In this document: positions 59,501-64,000 of the stretch, piece after piece
How the letters are laid out: each line of letters begins with the position of its first letter
Numbering within the stretch: the stretch's first letter is position 1
Assembly (NCBI GenBank): GCA_964057225.1
Contig: OZ059896.1
Span: 12,214,001-12,278,000, forward strand
Origin: Auanema rhodensis
Taxonomy: Eukaryota; Animalia; Nematoda
DNA length: 64,000 nucleotides
Reading direction: 5' to 3'
The notes under the pieces: generated by a model
What the model was told of the DNA's origin: nothing
Databases searched by the model: none
The model's input: only the letters and a program-made list of their open reading frames with translations
Position numbers and translations under genes: made by a program

Positions 59501-62500
59501 ATTGTGATGCTCAAAAACTGAAACAGTTGAATATTTTGTATTTTCTAAACCATTTTACTCCATCGCTTTTATATTTCTACCGCTATTTCATAAATTCATT
59601 TTTTAAATTTTTAATCATTAAAAAACATATAAATTTCAATATTGTGATGCTCAAAAACTGAAACATTTAAATATTTTGTATTTTCTAAACCATTTCACTC
59701 CATCTCTTTCATTTAATTCCATATTTTAAACAATTTTATATTTCTACCACGAATTCATAACTTCATTTTTTAAATTTTTGATCATTAAAAAACATTTAAA
59801 TTTCAATATTGTGATGCTCAAAAACTGAAACAGTTGAATATTTTGTATTTTCTAAACCATTTCACTCCATCTCTTCCATTTAATTCCATATTTTAAACAA
59901 TTTTATATTTCTACCACGAATTCATAACTTCATTTTTTAAATTTTTAATCATTAAAAAACATTTAAATTTCAATATTGTGATGCTCAAAAACTAAAACAG
60001 TTGAATATTTTGTAATTTCTAAACCATTTTACTCCATCGCTTTTATTTAATCCCATATTTTAAACAATTTTATATTTCTACCGCTATTTCATAATTTCAT
60101 TTTTTAAATTTTTAATCATTAAAAAACATTTAAATTTCAATATTGTGATGCTCAAAAACTGAAACAGTTGAATATTTTGTATTTTCTAAACCATTTTACT
60201 TCATATCTTTCATTTAATTCCATATTTTAAACAATTTTATATTTCTACCACGAATTCATAACTTCATTTTTTAAATTTTTAATCATTAAAAAACATTTAA
60301 ATTTCAATATTGTGATGCTCAAAAACTGAAACAGTTGAATATTTTGTATTTTCTAAACCATTTTACTCCATCTATTTTATTTAATCCCACATTTTAAACA
60401 ATTTTATATTTCTACCGCTATTTCATAATTTCATTTTTTAAATTTTTAATCATTAAAAAACATTTAAATTTCAATATTGTGATGCTCAAAAACTGAAACA
60501 TTTAAATATTTTGTATTTTCTAAACCATTTCACTCCATCTCTTTCATTTAATTCCATATTTTAAACAATTTTATATTTCTACCACGAATTCATAACTTCA
60601 TTTTTTAAATTTTTAATCATTAAAAATCATTTAAATTTCAATATTGTGATGCTCAAAAACTGAAACAGTTGAATATTTTGTAATTTCTAAACCATTTTAC
60701 TCCATCTCTCTCATTTAATTCCATATTTTAAACAATTTTATATTTCTACCGCTGTTTCATAAATTCATTTTTTAAATTTTTAATCATTAAAAAACATATA
60801 AATTTCAATATTGTGATGCTCAAAAACTGAAACATTTAAATATTTTGTATTTTCTAAACCATTTCACTCCATCTCTTTCATTTAATTCCATATTTTAAAC
60901 AGTTTTATATTTCTACCACGAATTCATAACTTCATTTTTTAAATTTTTGATCATTAAAAAACATTTAAATTTCAATATTGTGATGCTCAAAAACTGAAAC
61001 AGTTAAATATTTTGTATTTTCTAAACCATTTCACTCCATCTCTTTCATTTAATTCCATATTATAAACAATTTTATATTTCTACCACGAATTCATAACTTC
61101 ATTTTTTAAATTTTTAATCATTAAAAAACATTTAAATTTCAATATTGTGATGCTCAAAAACTGAAACATTTAAATATTTTGTATTTTCTAAACCATTTTA
61201 CTCCATCGGTTTTATTTAATCCCATATTTTAAACAATTTTATATTTCTACCACGAATTCATAACTTCATTTTTTAAATTTTTGATCATTAAAAAACATTT
61301 AAATTTCCATATTGTGATGCTCAAAAACTGAAACAGTTGAATATTTTGTATTTTCTAAACCATTTTACTCCATCGCTTTTATATTTCTACCGCTATTTCA
61401 TAAATTCATTTTTTAAATTTTTAATCATTAAAAAACATATAAATTTCAATATTGTGATGCTCAAAAACTGAAACATTTAAATATTTTGTATTTTCTAAAC
61501 CATTTCACTCCATCTCTTTCATTTAATTCCATATTTTAAACAATTTTATATTTCTACCACGAATTCATAACTTCATTTTTTAAATTTTTAATCATTAAAA
61601 AACATTTAAATTTCAATATTGTGATGCTCAAAAACTGAAACAGTTAAATATTTTGTATTTTCTAAACCATTTCACTCCATCTCTTTCATTTAATTCCATA
61701 TTATAAACAATTTTATATTTCTACCACGAATTCATAACTTCATTTTTTAAATTTTTAATCATTAAAAAACATTTAAATTTCAATATTGTGATGCTCAAAA
61801 ACTGAAACATTTAAATATTTTGTATTTTCTAAACCATTTTACTCCATCGCTTTTATTTAATCCCATATTTTAAACAATTTTATATTTCTACCACGAATTC
61901 ATAACTTCATTTTTTAAATTTTTGATCATTAAAAAACATTTAAATTTCAATATTGTGATGCTCAAAAACTGAAACAGTTGAATATTTTGTATTTTCTAAA
62001 CCATTTCACTCCATCGCTTTTATTTAATCTCATATTTTAAACAATTTTATATTTCTACCGCTATTTCATAATTTCATTTTTTAAATTTTTAATCATTAAA
62101 AAACATTTAAATTTCAATATTGTGATGCTCAAAAACTGAAACAGTTGAATATTTTGTAATTTCTAAACCATTTTACTCCATCGCTTTTATTTAATCTCAT
62201 ATTTTAAACAATTTTATATTTCTACCGCTATTTCATAATTTCATTTTTTAAATTTTTAATCATTAAAAAACATTTAAATTTCAATATTGTGATGCTCAAA
62301 AACTGAAACAGTTGAATATTTTGTATTTTCTAAACCATTTTACTTCATATCTTTCATTTAATTCCATATTTTAAACAATTTTATATTTCTACCACGAATT
62401 CATAACTTCATTTTTTAAATTTTTAATCATTAAAAAACATTTAAATTTCAATATTGTGATGCTCAAAAACTGAAACAGTTGAATATTTTGTATTTTCTAA

Positions 62501-64000
62501 ACCATTTTACTCCATCTATTTTATTTAATCCCACATTTTAAACAATTTTATATTTCTACCGCTGTTTCATAAATTCATTTTTTAAATTTTTAATCATTAA
62601 AAAACATATAAATTTCAATATTGTGATGCTCAAAAACTGAAACATTTAAATATTTTGTATTTTCTAAACCATTTCACTCCATCTCTTTCATTTAATTCCA
62701 TATTTTAAACAATTTTATATTTCTACCACGAATTCATAACTTCATTTTTTAAATTTTTAATCATTAAAAAACATTTAAATTTCAATATTGTGATGCTCAA
62801 AAACTGAAACAGTTGAATATTTTGTAATTTCTAAACCATTTTACTCCATCTCTTTCATTTAATTCCATATTTTAAACAATTTTATATTTCTACCGCTGTT
62901 TCATAAATTCATTTTTTAAATTTTTAATCATTAAAAAACATATAAATTTCAATATTGTGATGCTCAAAAACTGAAACATCTAAATATTTTGTATTTTCTA
63001 AACCATTTCACTCCATCTCTTTCATTTAATTCCATATTTTAAACAATTTTATATTTCTACCACGAATTCATAACTTCATTTTTTAAATTTTTGATCATTA
63101 AAAAACATTTAAATTTCAATATTGTGATGCTCAAAAACTGAAACAGTTGAATATTTTGTATTTTCTAAACCATTTTACTCCATCGCTTTTATATTTCTAC
63201 CGCTATTTCATAAATTCATTTTTTAAATTTTTAATCATTAAAAAACATATAAATTTCAATATTGTGATGCTCAAAAACTGAAACATTTAAATATTTTGTA
63301 TTTTCTAAACCATTTCACTCCATCTCTTTCATTTAATTCCATATTTTAAACAATTTTATATTTCTACCACGAATTCATAACTTCATTTTTTAAATTTTTG
63401 ATCATTAAAAAACATTTAAATTTCAATATTGTGATGCTCAAAAACTGAAACAGTTGAATATTTTGTATTTTCTAAACCATTTCACTCCATCTCTTCCATT
63501 TAATTCCATATTTTAAACAATTTTATATTTCTACCACGAATTCATAACTTCATTTTTTAAATTTTTAATCATTAAAAAACATTTAAATTTCAATATTGTG
63601 ATGCTCAAAAACTAAAACAGTTGAATATTTTGTAATTTCTAAACCATTTTACTCCATCGCTTTTATTTAATCCCATATTTTAAACAATTTTATATTTCTA
63701 CCGCTATTTCATAATTTCATTTTTTAAATTTTTAATCATTAAAAAACATTTAAATTTCAATATTGTGATGCTCAAAAACTGAAACAGTTGAATATTTTGT
63801 ATTTTCTAAACCATTTTACTTCATATCTTTCATTTAATTCCATATTTTAAACAATTTTATATTTCTACCACGAATTCATAACTTCATTTTTTAAATTTTT
63901 AATCATTAAAAAACATTTAAATTTCAATATTGTGATGCTCAAAAACTGAAACAGTTGAATATTTTGTATTTTCTAAACCATTTTACTCCATCTATTTTAT
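59501..64000. repeat. Local 22-mer (3,620-bp) repeat, second copy truncated by the window end
   Basis: CTCTTCCATT at 59871 and 63491, ACTAAAACAG at 59991 and 63611, 140-bp monomers at 59501, 61311 and 63121. Confidence 0.75.

Larger units (their letters stand above)
44106..64000. repeat. 167-bp satellite, right arm (~120 monomers, includes 140-bp deletion variants)
   Basis: Same monomer and orientation as the left arm; nine monomers here carry a 27-bp deletion. Confidence 0.99.

Overview
Eukaryotic (very probably nematode) satellite DNA. About 45 kb of the window is a homogeneous, ~80% AT tandem satellite with a 167-bp monomer and local higher-order repeats. It is interrupted by two apparently identical, intact 9,300-bp BEL/Pao (Belpaoviridae) LTR elements at 21688-30987 and 34806-44105, 13,118 bp apart. 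Each has 533-bp TGT...ACA LTRs that read as identical, a 5-bp GATCA target-site duplication, a tRNA-Gly-like PBS, and one 2,749-aa ORF: Gag (DUF1759-like, three Zn knuckles), protease, RT (YVDN), RNase H, integrase, a truncated Gn-like protein, a phlebovirus-like class II fusion glycoprotein (Gc), and an extra ~240-aa C-terminal helical domain. That tail carries a canonical LC8/dynein-light-chain motif (KETQT) beside a coiled coil, which is the most unusual feature here. The ORF opens inside the 5' LTR and stops 24 bp before the 3' LTR. Rare satellite variants shared by the flanks of both copies indicate one insertion later duplicated by unequal exchange in the array, with a candidate crossover at ~32324-32490. 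All comparisons were made by eye; no alignments or database searches were run.
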